Shown here: positions 56,135 to 64,000 of the stretch, in pieces | Position numbering within the stretch: position 1 is the stretch's first letter | Layout: each line of letters opens with the position of its first letter | Origin: Gemmatimonadota bacterium | Lineage (GTDB): Bacteria > Gemmatimonadota > Gemmatimonadetes > JACCXV01 > JAHWKZ01 | Reading direction: 5' to 3' | Length of the DNA stretch: 64,000 nt | Assembly (NCBI GenBank): GCA_033722155.1 | Contig: JAWVZN010000004.1 | Coordinates: 3,959 to 67,958, forward strand | Made by a program: the position numbers and the translations under genes | Notes under the pieces: model-generated | What the model saw: the letters and a program-made list of their open reading frames with translations, nothing else | The model's database searches: none | What the model was told of the DNA's origin: nothing

Positions 56135-56544
56135 GACGACGGCCGGACTCCGGCGTGACCCTGGCGGTCGTCCTGTGGTGCCTCGTGGCGCTGGGGCTCC
56201 TGTCGGCGACGGCGGCGACCCTCAGCCGGCTCGAGCTCGCCCTCGCGATCGCCCACCGCGACCACGCCGCCTCGCTCGCCCTGGCCGAGTCGGGCATGGC
56301 CGGGGCGCTCGCCGCGGTGGCGGCCGATCCCGCCCGGGCGGGTCGCGCGGACTCGATCGCGGGAACCCTGGAGACGGGGACATACCGCGCCCGCTGGACA
56401 CCGGTCGACGCGGGCCTGCGGGTGGTGGCCGAGGGAACCAGCGGGCGCGCCTCCCGCACGATCGAGGCGTGGACGTCCGGACCCGTCTCTGGCGAATTGC
56501 GAGTGCTCGCGTGGCGGGAGGTGTGGGGAGAGATCCCGGAATAG
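56131..56544 (+). CDS. short PilX-like minor pilin (cassette 1)
   Basis: SG|VTLAVVL (no Glu5), LAESG, C-terminal WRE. Confidence 0.7.
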   Translation: MRRRPDSGVTLAVVLWCLVALGLLSATAATLSRLELALAIAHRDHAASLALAESGMAGALAAVAADPARAGRADSIAGTLETGTYRARWTPVDAGLRVVAEGTSGRASRTIEAWTSGPVSGELRVLAWREVWGEIPE

Positions 56545-56581
56545 CCCGGAGGGCCGGGACGACGGGCGATAGGAGGGTTTC

Positions 56582-56597
56582 AGGAACGAACCTTGCA
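56582..56597 (+). promoter_or_regulatory. putative sigma-54 promoter of minor pilin cassette 2
   Basis: AGGAACGAACCTTGCA (GG-N10-GC), about 40 nt before the riboswitch. Confidence 0.55.
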
Positions 56598-56636
56598 TCG
56601 ATTCCGGGTGGACGTCTCCGTAGAGCAACGGAGGGT

Positions 56637-56724
56637 CCGTTCAAGGGCAAACCCCGAGCAATCGGGTGACGCAAAGCTACAGGGTCCGGCATCCGGTCGG
56701 TGTCGGACAGCCAGCTGCCAACGG
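56637..56724 (+). ncRNA. cyclic di-GMP-I (GEMM) riboswitch
   Basis: P1 ccgtt/aacgg; AAGGGCAAAC; P2 cccga-GCAA-tcggg GNRA loop; GACGCAAAGCTACAGGGTC ... GACAGCCAGCTGCC consensus. Confidence 0.88.
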
Positions 56725-56750
56725 CTACTCGCTCGAACGGAGACGAACCG

Positions 56751-57194
56751 ATGAGAGTCCTTCCCCCCTGGGTCGCGGGCGAAGGCCGCGGCCCGTCCGG
56801 GTCCCGATCCGGCTTCTCCCTGATAGAGATCCTCGCCGCGGTGGTCCTGCTCGGGATCGCCGTTTCGATCGCCGCTCCGCAGGTGGCCGACATCTCTCGC
56901 CGCATGCAGGTGGACTCGGCGGCCCAACAGGTGCTGGGCGCCCTGGAGCGCGCCCGCACCGAGGCGATCAAGCGCAACCGGGCCGTCAAGGTGACCTTCG
57001 GCGAGGAGATGTACACGATCCAGTACGTCGGCGCGCGCACGCTCGAGGGAGCGCGCTTCGCCTCGGCGCCCGACTCGGTGAAGTTCGCGCCCTTCGGGCC
57101 GCCGCAGCTGGGTGGGGCGACCTTCGTGGTGGAGGTCGGCACGCACAGCGAGACCGTGGTCCTCGACGCGGCGGGGCACGCCACGGTCCAGTGA
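56751..57194 (+). CDS. FimT/GspH-like minor pilin (cassette 2)
   Basis: SG|FSLIEILAAVVLLG; ARTEAIKRN; VKFAPFG. Confidence 0.8.
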   Translation: MRVLPPWVAGEGRGPSGSRSGFSLIEILAAVVLLGIAVSIAAPQVADISRRMQVDSAAQQVLGALERARTEAIKRNRAVKVTFGEEMYTIQYVGARTLEGARFASAPDSVKFAPFGPPQLGGATFVVEVGTHSETVVLDAAGHATVQ

Positions 57195-57607
57195 CCGTCC
57201 GCGGGTTCACGCTGATCGAGCTCATGATCGCGATCGTGATCCTCGCGTTGGCGATCCTCGGCATGGCGACCGTCCTGCTGGGGACGAGCCAGTGGCAGGA
57301 GCGATCGGAGAGCGCGCTCGAACTCACGACGGCGGCCGAGGCGAAGCTCGAGGACTTCCGCGACTACTCCGCGGCCAGGACCGCGGACACGGTTCAGCTT
57401 CTCCCCGGCGGCTCGCTCACGTCCTCCGTGGACGACCACGCCGACTCGCTCCGGTCGGCGGAGGGGCGCTGGATCCTCCGGCGTTGGGAGGTGACGTCGG
57501 GGCCGGGGAGCGCACGAACGGTGGCGCTCCGCGTCGCGCCCCGGAACGAGAACGATCACACCGGCGCGGCCCGGGACTTCCACACCATCATCCTGATGGC
57601 CCCATGA
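57191..57607 (+). CDS. PilV-like minor pilin (cassette 2)
   Basis: RG|FTLIELMIAIVIL; AEAKLE. Confidence 0.8.
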   Translation: MTVRGFTLIELMIAIVILALAILGMATVLLGTSQWQERSESALELTTAAEAKLEDFRDYSAARTADTVQLLPGGSLTSSVDDHADSLRSAEGRWILRRWEVTSGPGSARTVALRVAPRNENDHTGAARDFHTIILMAP

Positions 57608-58170
57608 GGAGAGACCGAGGCTTCACCCTGCTCGAGATGGTGATCGCGATCGCGCTGCTGGCGGTCGTGGCCGGCTCCCTCTTCGGGTTGGTCGTGAGCA
57701 TGCAGAAGGATTATGTGCGCCAGCGGGACATCAACAACTCCCACGAGACCCTGCGGGCGGCCGAGAGCGCGATCACGCGCACGCTCCGCACCAGCCGGGC
57801 CGATCCCTTCGAAACGGGCGGCGCGCTGCTCGATCCCGACCCCGACGGCGACGGAGTGTTCGACGACCTCCGGGTCGTCTCCGACTACAACCCGGCCGAC
57901 GGTGACTTCGCCGACGCGCTGGAGGACGTCGAGTTCTGGCTCGACGCCGACACCCTGAAGGTCCGGTGGCAGGCGGGGCAGACCCCGGTCACGCTCACCC
58001 ATCCCGTGGAGGAGCTGGCTCTCGACTACTACGACAGCGCGGGCAACGCCCTCGGGACCGCCAGCCAGGTCGTGGACGCCACCCGGGTTCGCGTGACGCT
58101 GGCCACCGACCGGGGCGCGCGCTCCACCTCTCTCGACAGGATCGAGTCATGGGTATATCTGAGAAACTGA
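57604..58170 (+). CDS. PilW-like minor pilin (cassette 2)
   Basis: RG|FTLLEMVIAI; LDYYD..G; C-terminal VYLRN. Confidence 0.8.
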   Translation: MRRDRGFTLLEMVIAIALLAVVAGSLFGLVVSMQKDYVRQRDINNSHETLRAAESAITRTLRTSRADPFETGGALLDPDPDGDGVFDDLRVVSDYNPADGDFADALEDVEFWLDADTLKVRWQAGQTPVTLTHPVEELALDYYDSAGNALGTASQVVDATRVRVTLATDRGARSTSLDRIESWVYLRN

Positions 58171-59513
58171 GTCCGCGCCGCTTCGGCCCGGAGGACGGAG
58201 TGGCCCTTCCGGTGGCCCTGTTCGGCATCATCCTGATCGCGGCGCTGGGGGCGGGGATCTGGGTCTCCACCTCGATCAGCGCGCGATCGGTGGAGAACCG
58301 GAGGATCTCCGCCGAGGCGGTCCAGCTGGCCGAGGCGGGCGCCGCCCACGCGATCCACGTGCTTCGCGACCACCTCGACGGGGAGGACTTCACCAGCATC
58401 CTCCGCGGCTCCGACGGCGCCGCGGGGACCTCCGACGACGGGCTGCTCGTCGGCTACGGTCTCTCCTCGGAACTCGAGATCCCGGCGTCCGGGCGCGCGC
58501 TCGGGGACGGGACCTACACCGTCGAGGTGATCGACGACCCGGCCGAGCTCGACGGCGACCCCACGACCGACACCAACAAGCGGGTCCTGATCCGCTCCTC
58601 CGCGACGACCAGCGGGAGCGGCTCGGCCACGATCGACGTGGTGCTGAACGACGGCCCCAACGCCTTCGTGCCCTCGATCGTGACCGACGGCCAGCTGCTC
58701 GTGGAGGGGAACCCCCGCCTGGTCGGCAGCTGTGGGGGGATCCACTCCAACCTGCAGATCGACGTGACCGGCGACGTCACGGTGAGCACCGAGGTGGCCT
58801 CCTCGGACACGGTCGTCGTCAGCGGCTCCATCACCCGGCCCGACGGAACCACGGTCGCGCCGCGCCACCACGAGACCCAGGTCGAGGTGACCGACTACAG
58901 CAATCCCTACAACGAGTTCTGCTCCAGCGGCGAGGCCGACTACGTGCTCCAGTCCGACGGCTACGTGCTGGAGACGTCCTCCGGGACCCTGTACGACGCG
59001 CGTACCCAGAAGCAGTTCGGCTGGCAACAGGTGAACACGGGGCCGATCGAGTGGGAGCTCGGCGGGAACACCGGGTATCCCGGGACCTACTGCGTGCAGG
59101 GCAACGCCGAGATCGCGGGGAGCCCGGACGACGGCAGCGGGGGCCCCCTAGACATGACCGTGATCGCCACCAAGTCGATCGACGTCTCGGGAAACCCCCA
59201 GATCCGCTCCTCCCACCCCGAGGACATCCTCCTGGTGGCCGGCAGCGACCTGCGGATCTCGGGGAACGTGCTCGGCGATCCCGGCGACTACACCGGGCTC
59301 ATCTATGCCCGCGCCCAGTGCGACCTCCACGGGAACGCGCAGATCAGCTCGCGGGTGCTGTGCAAGGACGCGAACAACGCCTCCGGGGCCTACAATCTCG
59401 TCGACGGCAACGCGATCGGCGGCAACGTCGAGCTCGACTACGACTGCGCCGCGACCACGGGGGTGAGCGGGCCCCGCGAGGCGGTCTCCTGGTCGCAGCG
59501 GGTCGGGGAGTAG
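58149..59513 (+). CDS. large PilX-like minor pilin with acidic beta-rich C-terminal region (cassette 2)
   Basis: DG|VALPVAL, LAEAG; repeated I/V-x-GN-P/A/V turns; six Cys. Confidence 0.8.
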   Translation: MGISEKLSPRRFGPEDGVALPVALFGIILIAALGAGIWVSTSISARSVENRRISAEAVQLAEAGAAHAIHVLRDHLDGEDFTSILRGSDGAAGTSDDGLLVGYGLSSELEIPASGRALGDGTYTVEVIDDPAELDGDPTTDTNKRVLIRSSATTSGSGSATIDVVLNDGPNAFVPSIVTDGQLLVEGNPRLVGSCGGIHSNLQIDVTGDVTVSTEVASSDTVVVSGSITRPDGTTVAPRHHETQVEVTDYSNPYNEFCSSGEADYVLQSDGYVLETSSGTLYDARTQKQFGWQQVNTGPIEWELGGNTGYPGTYCVQGNAEIAGSPDDGSGGPLDMTVIATKSIDVSGNPQIRSSHPEDILLVAGSDLRISGNVLGDPGDYTGLIYARAQCDLHGNAQISSRVLCKDANNASGAYNLVDGNAIGGNVELDYDCAATTGVSGPREAVSWSQRVGE

Positions 59514-59530
59514 AGGGGAATCCGGGCCGC

Positions 59531-59546
59531 TGGCCCTCAACTTGCA
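59531..59546 (+). promoter_or_regulatory. putative sigma-54 promoter of the pilM operon
   Basis: TGGCCCTCAACTTGCA (GG-N10-GC) in the intergenic region. Confidence 0.6.
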
Positions 59547-59709
59547 CCCTTGAAAGGCCCCATCCGCGCACTGCGCGGACCCGACAGGCCATTTCCGCGC
59601 AAAACATCGACGCTCCAGGGACTTACGGGGCTGTGCACGGCTCTGTGCCCGGGTCAGATTTCCGAGGGATCTCAGAAATCTGACGCGGAAGGAGGACAAC
59701 AGGAACCCC

Positions 59710-60753
59710 ATGCCCCTCTTCGGCCGATCCCGCAATCCCCTGGCCGTCGACCTCGGCTCGGGCCAGATCAAGGTGATCTCCATCGAGCCCGGCGACCCCC
59801 CGCGCCTGGCCGCCCTCGGCATCGAGCCGCTGGAGCCCGACACGATCGTGGGGGGGGAGGTGATGGACTATCACCTCGTGGTCGACATCCTCCGCGGGCT
59901 GCGCGAGCGGACCGGGATCGGCGAGGGGCCGGCCGCCACCGCGGTGTCCGGGCGCGACGTCATCGTCAAGCGGATCAAGATGGACCGGATGCGCGAGCAG
60001 GAGGCTCGGCAGGTGATCCGGTGGGAGGCCGAGCAGCACGTCCCCTTCGACATGGAGAGCGTGAGCCTCGACTTCGAGATCCTGGACCCCGGGGCCGAGG
60101 GCCTCCAGATGGAGGTCCTGCTGGTGGCGGCCAAGCGGGACCTGATCGAAACCCGGGTGCGGCTGCTCGACGAGGCGGGCTTCGAGGTCGACGTGATCGA
60201 CGTCGACGGCTTCGCGATCCAGACCGCGTTCGAGCGGAGCTACGAGCACGCCCCCTACGGCACCTTCTGCCTCGTCAACGTGGGGCGGGAGACCACGAAC
60301 CTGAATCTGGTCGACGACGGCCGGCCGATCCTCACCCGCGACCTGCCGGTCGGCGAGCGCCGCTTCGCCGAGGCGCTGGTCCGGGAGCTCGGGGTGACCT
60401 CCGAAGAGGCCGAAAGCCGGCTGCGGGGGCGCGAGGACGGCCTCGAGGACGCCGAACGGAAGGCCCTCGCCGAGCCGATCGAGAGCCTCGTGACCCCGGT
60501 GGAGCGCGCCCGGGCCTTCATCGCGACCAGCGAGGTGGGCGGCCAGCTCGACGAGATCGTCCTCTCTGGCGGAGGGGCCCGGTTGCCGGGGCTTCGCGAG
60601 ACCGTCGCCGAGCGGCTCGAGACCGAGGTGACCGTCCTCGACCCGCTCCGTCGGGTCGAGGTGTCGGCCGTCGACCGGCAGACGATCCGGGAGCACGGGG
60701 GACCGGAGGTGTTCGGGGTGGCGATGGGCCTGGGCTTGCGGGAGGCCGAATGA
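59710..60753 (+). CDS. pilM: type IV pilus assembly protein PilM
   Basis: AVDLGS, WEAEQHVPFD, VLLVAAK, LSGGGA.L.GL, GLGLR. Confidence 0.93.
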   Translation: MPLFGRSRNPLAVDLGSGQIKVISIEPGDPPRLAALGIEPLEPDTIVGGEVMDYHLVVDILRGLRERTGIGEGPAATAVSGRDVIVKRIKMDRMREQEARQVIRWEAEQHVPFDMESVSLDFEILDPGAEGLQMEVLLVAAKRDLIETRVRLLDEAGFEVDVIDVDGFAIQTAFERSYEHAPYGTFCLVNVGRETTNLNLVDDGRPILTRDLPVGERRFAEALVRELGVTSEEAESRLRGREDGLEDAERKALAEPIESLVTPVERARAFIATSEVGGQLDEIVLSGGGARLPGLRETVAERLETEVTVLDPLRRVEVSAVDRQTIREHGGPEVFGVAMGLGLREAE

Positions 60754-61397
60754 ACCCGGTTCGGATCAACCTCGTTCCCGGAGAGCGGCGCGAGCGGCGG
60801 CGGAGACCCGGCCTTCCGTCGATTCCCGCCCCCGCCGCGGAGTGGCTCCCCCGCTCGCCCTCGGTGGTGGTGGGAGTGCTCGGCCTGATCGTGGTCCTCG
60901 CCCTCGTGTTCCTCTACTTCGAGGAGCGGAGCGAGGTGTCCGAGGCGCGGGCGGCGATCGAGGAGGCGGAGGCAGACTCGGCCCGGCTCCACAGCGAGCT
61001 CGTGCGCGTGCGCTCCATGGAGGAGGCGCAGGAGCGGCTCGCCGGCCGGGTCGAGATGCTCGAGAACGTGGTCGAGGGACGACTGTACTGGATCGAGACG
61101 ATGGAGGTGCTCTCCCGAGTCCTCCCCGAGTACACCTGGCTCCGGGCGATCGATCGCGAGGACCTCGGGCCGGACAGGATGCGGATCTCCGGGGCGACCT
61201 TCTCCAACGCCGCGGTGACCGAGTACATGCGGGACCTCGAGTCCTCCCCCCAGCTCGCCGACGTGTCGCTGGTCGGGGTGAGCCGGGCGGAGACCGATTC
61301 GATCTCGTATCAGGAGTTCACGATCGTGGCCGATTTCGAGGATTATCGGACGGCGGTGATCACGCCTGCGGACACCGCTGCCCAGGAAGGAGAGTGA
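60750..61397 (+). CDS. pilN: type IV pilus assembly protein PilN
   Basis: N-terminal RINLVP (INLLP-like), TM, coiled coil, LPEYTWL, LESSP. Confidence 0.88.
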   Translation: MNPVRINLVPGERRERRRRPGLPSIPAPAAEWLPRSPSVVVGVLGLIVVLALVFLYFEERSEVSEARAAIEEAEADSARLHSELVRVRSMEEAQERLAGRVEMLENVVEGRLYWIETMEVLSRVLPEYTWLRAIDREDLGPDRMRISGATFSNAAVTEYMRDLESSPQLADVSLVGVSRAETDSISYQEFTIVADFEDYRTAVITPADTAAQEGE

Positions 61398-61942
61398 TGA
61401 CGAAGCCCGAACCGACAACCACGCTCGTCGGGATCGCGTTGCTGGCGCTGGCGGTCGTCGCCACCGGCTGCGACTGGAACGACCCCGACGAGGTCCAGAA
61501 CTCGTCGAATTTCGCGATCGTCCGCGCGCAGTTCTTCGCTTCGCGCGCGAGCCAGACCCCGGTGTCCGGGGTGCGGATGATCGTCGAGTCCGATCCCGAG
61601 GCGGAACGGCCGTATCGCGGTCCCGACGTCGTCGCGATCAGCGGCGCGACCGGCCTCGCCGAGGCGAAGGTGTTCCCCGGCTACCAGCAGCAGCAGGGTC
61701 AGGGCCAGGGGGGCGGCGGAGGCGGAGCCGGGGGAGGCCAGCAGGGTCCGACCACGCCCACCAGCCCCCTCGACTTCCCGCCCGGACTCTTCTTCGCGGA
61801 CGTCGCCGTCACCCTGGTGTACAACGGAAGGATCGTCTCGCTGATCGCCGGGGGCCTGACGATCGGATCCGGGCGGGTCTACGATCTCGGGTCGGTCTTC
61901 CTCGACGATTTCGGGATCTTCGTCGACAGGGGAGCCCCGTGA
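61397..61942 (+). CDS. uncharacterised lipoprotein inserted between pilN and pilO
   Basis: SD AGGAG; ATG overlaps the pilN stop; lipobox VATG-C with Asp at +2; beta-rich body with a Gln/Gly loop. Confidence 0.75.
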   Translation: MTKPEPTTTLVGIALLALAVVATGCDWNDPDEVQNSSNFAIVRAQFFASRASQTPVSGVRMIVESDPEAERPYRGPDVVAISGATGLAEAKVFPGYQQQQGQGQGGGGGGAGGGQQGPTTPTSPLDFPPGLFFADVAVTLVYNGRIVSLIAGGLTIGSGRVYDLGSVFLDDFGIFVDRGAP

Positions 61943-61975
61943 GGCCGACGTCCGACGCCGTCGGGAGGACCTGAT

Positions 61976-62680
61976 ATGGCCCTGTTCGGCCTCGACGATC
62001 CGGACCGCCAGCAGGCGGTTCTCTTCGCGCTGCTATTGCTGGGCGGCGCGTATCTGTTCTGGCAGTACGTCTACACCCCCGTCCACGAGGAGAAGGTCGT
62101 GCTCGAGGACCGGCTCGCCACCCTCCAGGCCCACAACGACGAGGCGCGGGCCCTGACGCAGCCGGGCCGGGTGCGGGAGCTGCGCCAGCGGGAGGCGGAG
62201 TTCCAGGTCGCCCTGGCGGCCTACGAGACGATGCTCCCTTCGGAAGCGGAGGTGTCGGCCCTTCTCGAGGAGGTCGCGAGGGCGGCACTCCAGGAGGACG
62301 TCGAGGTCGTCAACTTCGCTCCGCTCGAGGTGGTGGAGGGCGGGAACCTGGTCGCGCTGCCGTACGACGTGCAGGTGCAGGGGGAGTACCACGACGTGGG
62401 CCGGTTCCTCGCCGACGTCGCCAATCTCCCCCGGCTGGTGCGGCCGGTCGTGGTCTCGCTGGAGCAGGTGGAAATCCAGCGTGAGGAGGGGGACGAGGAC
62501 GAGGAGCAAGCCCGCGTCGAGTACGAGGTGCTGGCGACCCTCACCCTCACCACCTACATGCCGCCGGACGGGGTCGTCCGGGGGGCGGTGCCGCGCTCGA
62601 TCGAAGGCGAGGAGACCTCGGCCGTCGATCCGTCCGTTCCGTCGAACGCGATGGCGGAGGATGTCCGCGATGCGGGCTGA
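61976..62680 (+). CDS. pilO: type IV pilus assembly protein PilO
   Basis: TM, coiled coil, LPSEAEVSALL, GEYHDVGRFLADVANLPRLV. Confidence 0.88.
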   Translation: MALFGLDDPDRQQAVLFALLLLGGAYLFWQYVYTPVHEEKVVLEDRLATLQAHNDEARALTQPGRVRELRQREAEFQVALAAYETMLPSEAEVSALLEEVARAALQEDVEVVNFAPLEVVEGGNLVALPYDVQVQGEYHDVGRFLADVANLPRLVRPVVVSLEQVEIQREEGDEDEEQARVEYEVLATLTLTTYMPPDGVVRGAVPRSIEGEETSAVDPSVPSNAMAEDVRDAG

Positions 62681-63119
62681 CGCCGTGCCGATCGCGCTGT
62701 CGATCGCGCTCGCGCTGGCGCTGCCGGCCGGGCCCGCGCCGCTCCTCGGCCAGCAGGAGATCCCACCCGACACGCTCGAGCTCGAGCGTCCGGCCGCGCC
62801 CCCCGTCACGGGGACCGCCAGCTACGACGCCGGTGGCCGCCGCGATCCGTTCGTCCCGCTCACCGCCGGGCTCTCGCCCGAGGAGGGGCCCCGCTTCGAG
62901 AGCCTCGAGCTGACGGGCGTCTTCCTCGGCACCCCGGGCAACAGCCTGGTCGTGCTCGAGGATCCCGCCAACCGCGGCCACTTCGTGAGGGTCGGCCAGC
63001 GCATCGGCAACGCCCGCCTGATCGAGGTACGCCCCCGATCGGCGGTGTTCCAGGTCACCGAATACGGCACCGTGCGCCGCGAGGTTTTGGAACTCGAACG
63101 TCCCGAGGAGAGGCCATGA
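62670..63119 (+). CDS. pilP: PilP-like protein without a lipobox
   Basis: Y..GRRDPFVPL, LELTGV, VRVGQRIG; position between pilO and pilQ; no Cys. Confidence 0.75.
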   Translation: MRADAVPIALSIALALALPAGPAPLLGQQEIPPDTLELERPAAPPVTGTASYDAGGRRDPFVPLTAGLSPEEGPRFESLELTGVFLGTPGNSLVVLEDPANRGHFVRVGQRIGNARLIEVRPRSAVFQVTEYGTVRREVLELERPEERP

Positions 63120-64000
63120 TACCCCACCGTCATCTCGTCGTCGCGCTCCTGCTGGGCCTGGTGCCCCTTCTCGCGACGGAAGCGGCTCCGGCCCAGGACG
63201 TCGCGGCGTACCAGGTGTACAACTTCCGGGTGACCAGCGCCGGGGAAGCGACCCGGCTGGTGATCGAGACGACCGGCGCCCCTCGCTACCGGGACGACTT
63301 CGAGCCACGGCCGCCCCATCTCGCGATCGAGCTGATCGGGGCCGTGGCGGACCTGCCGCTGCGGGCCTACGAGGACATCCATCGCGGCGGCGTGCGGCGG
63401 GTCACGGTGAGCGCGCCGGCGCCCGGCCGGGTGCGGCTCGACGTCTTCCTCTCGAGCGTCCGCAACTACGCCGCCTTCCAGCAGGGCAACGACATCGTCG
63501 TCTCCTTCGAGAACCCGGGCGGGTCGTTCCCCGCCTACGTGGCGAACCCGGCCGGTCGTGCTCCCGCCCCCCGGCCGACGCCGCCGCCCGCGGGCGCGGT
63601 GGTGACCCGGGAGGTGGAGGCCCCGGGCGGCGCCTCCGGGATGGAGATCCGGCAGGACGAAGGGCTTCCCGGCGTCGACGGCGAGCCGGTGACGCTCTCG
63701 TTCCAGGGGGCCGACGTGAACACGGTGATCCGGGCCTTCGGCGAGATCGCCGACCGCTCGATCGTGGCCGGTGACGTGGGCGACGTCACGATCACCGCCG
63801 ACGTCCGCAACGAGCCCTGGGACGAGGCTCTGGTGGCCATCATGCAGGCGAACGGCCTCGACGTGCGGATGGTGAACGGGATCGTCCGGGTCGACTCGAT
63901 CGAGAATCTCCGCGAGGCCGAGACCCTGATCGATCTGCGGACCCGGGTCGTGCAACTCGACTTCGTGGCCGCGCCCGACGTCGTGACCGTCGTGCAGCCG
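63116..64000 (+). CDS. pilQ: type IV pilus secretin PilQ (3'-truncated by window edge)
   Basis: Manual translation from ATG 63116: signal peptide APA-Q, AMIN-like domain, N0/STN segment VTLSFQGADV..V, EPWDEAL..I..ANGL. Confidence 0.88.
   Translation, partial: MIPHRHLVVALLLGLVPLLATEAAPAQDVAAYQVYNFRVTSAGEATRLVIETTGAPRYRDDFEPRPPHLAIELIGAVADLPLRAYEDIHRGGVRRVTVSAPAPGRVRLDVFLSSVRNYAAFQQGNDIVVSFENPGGSFPAYVANPAGRAPAPRPTPPPAGAVVTREVEAPGGASGMEIRQDEGLPGVDGEPVTLSFQGADVNTVIRAFGEIADRSIVAGDVGDVTITADVRNEPWDEALVAIMQANGLDVRMVNGIVRVDSIENLREAETLIDLRTRVVQLDFVAAPDVVTVVQP

Noticed and set aside
1-64000. CRISPR arrays, tRNA/rRNA, IS elements, prophage, ku gene
   Set aside because: No regularly spaced repeats, RNA gene signatures, transposase/integrase motifs or Ku motifs seen by eye; a computational scan was not possible

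Overview
High-GC (roughly 70%, by eye) bacterial chromosome segment. Gene content (sprA beside lptFG, AmgK-RapZ fusion, type IVa pilus layout) suggests an FCB-group organism, probably Gemmatimonadota; this is inference. The first 23 kb is mostly housekeeping: sugar ABC transporter, fused LigD, MerR-TPR protein, peptidoglycan-recycling kinase and nucleotidyltransferase, msrA, recX, alaS and lptFG. Next come a ~1930-aa SprA-like outer-membrane protein with a glutaminyl-cyclase-like M28 lipoprotein, and a second, three-gene split LigD operon lying head-to-head with comEA-pilB-pilT-pilC. The rest (42-64 kb) is a large type IVa pilus locus: pilS/pilR, pilA, a five-gene glycosylation island, a second pilin, two fimT-pilV-pilW-pilX cassettes (the second behind a c-di-GMP-I riboswitch), and pilM-pilN-[unknown lipoprotein]-pilO-pilP-pilQ. 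Five sigma-54 -24/-12 motifs head the pilus units. A candidate rod-shaped ncRNA lies after pilC. I saw no tRNA, rRNA, CRISPR array or transposase. Many long ORFs in the supplied track are GC shadow frames, so I reassigned starts by hand. No database searches were run.
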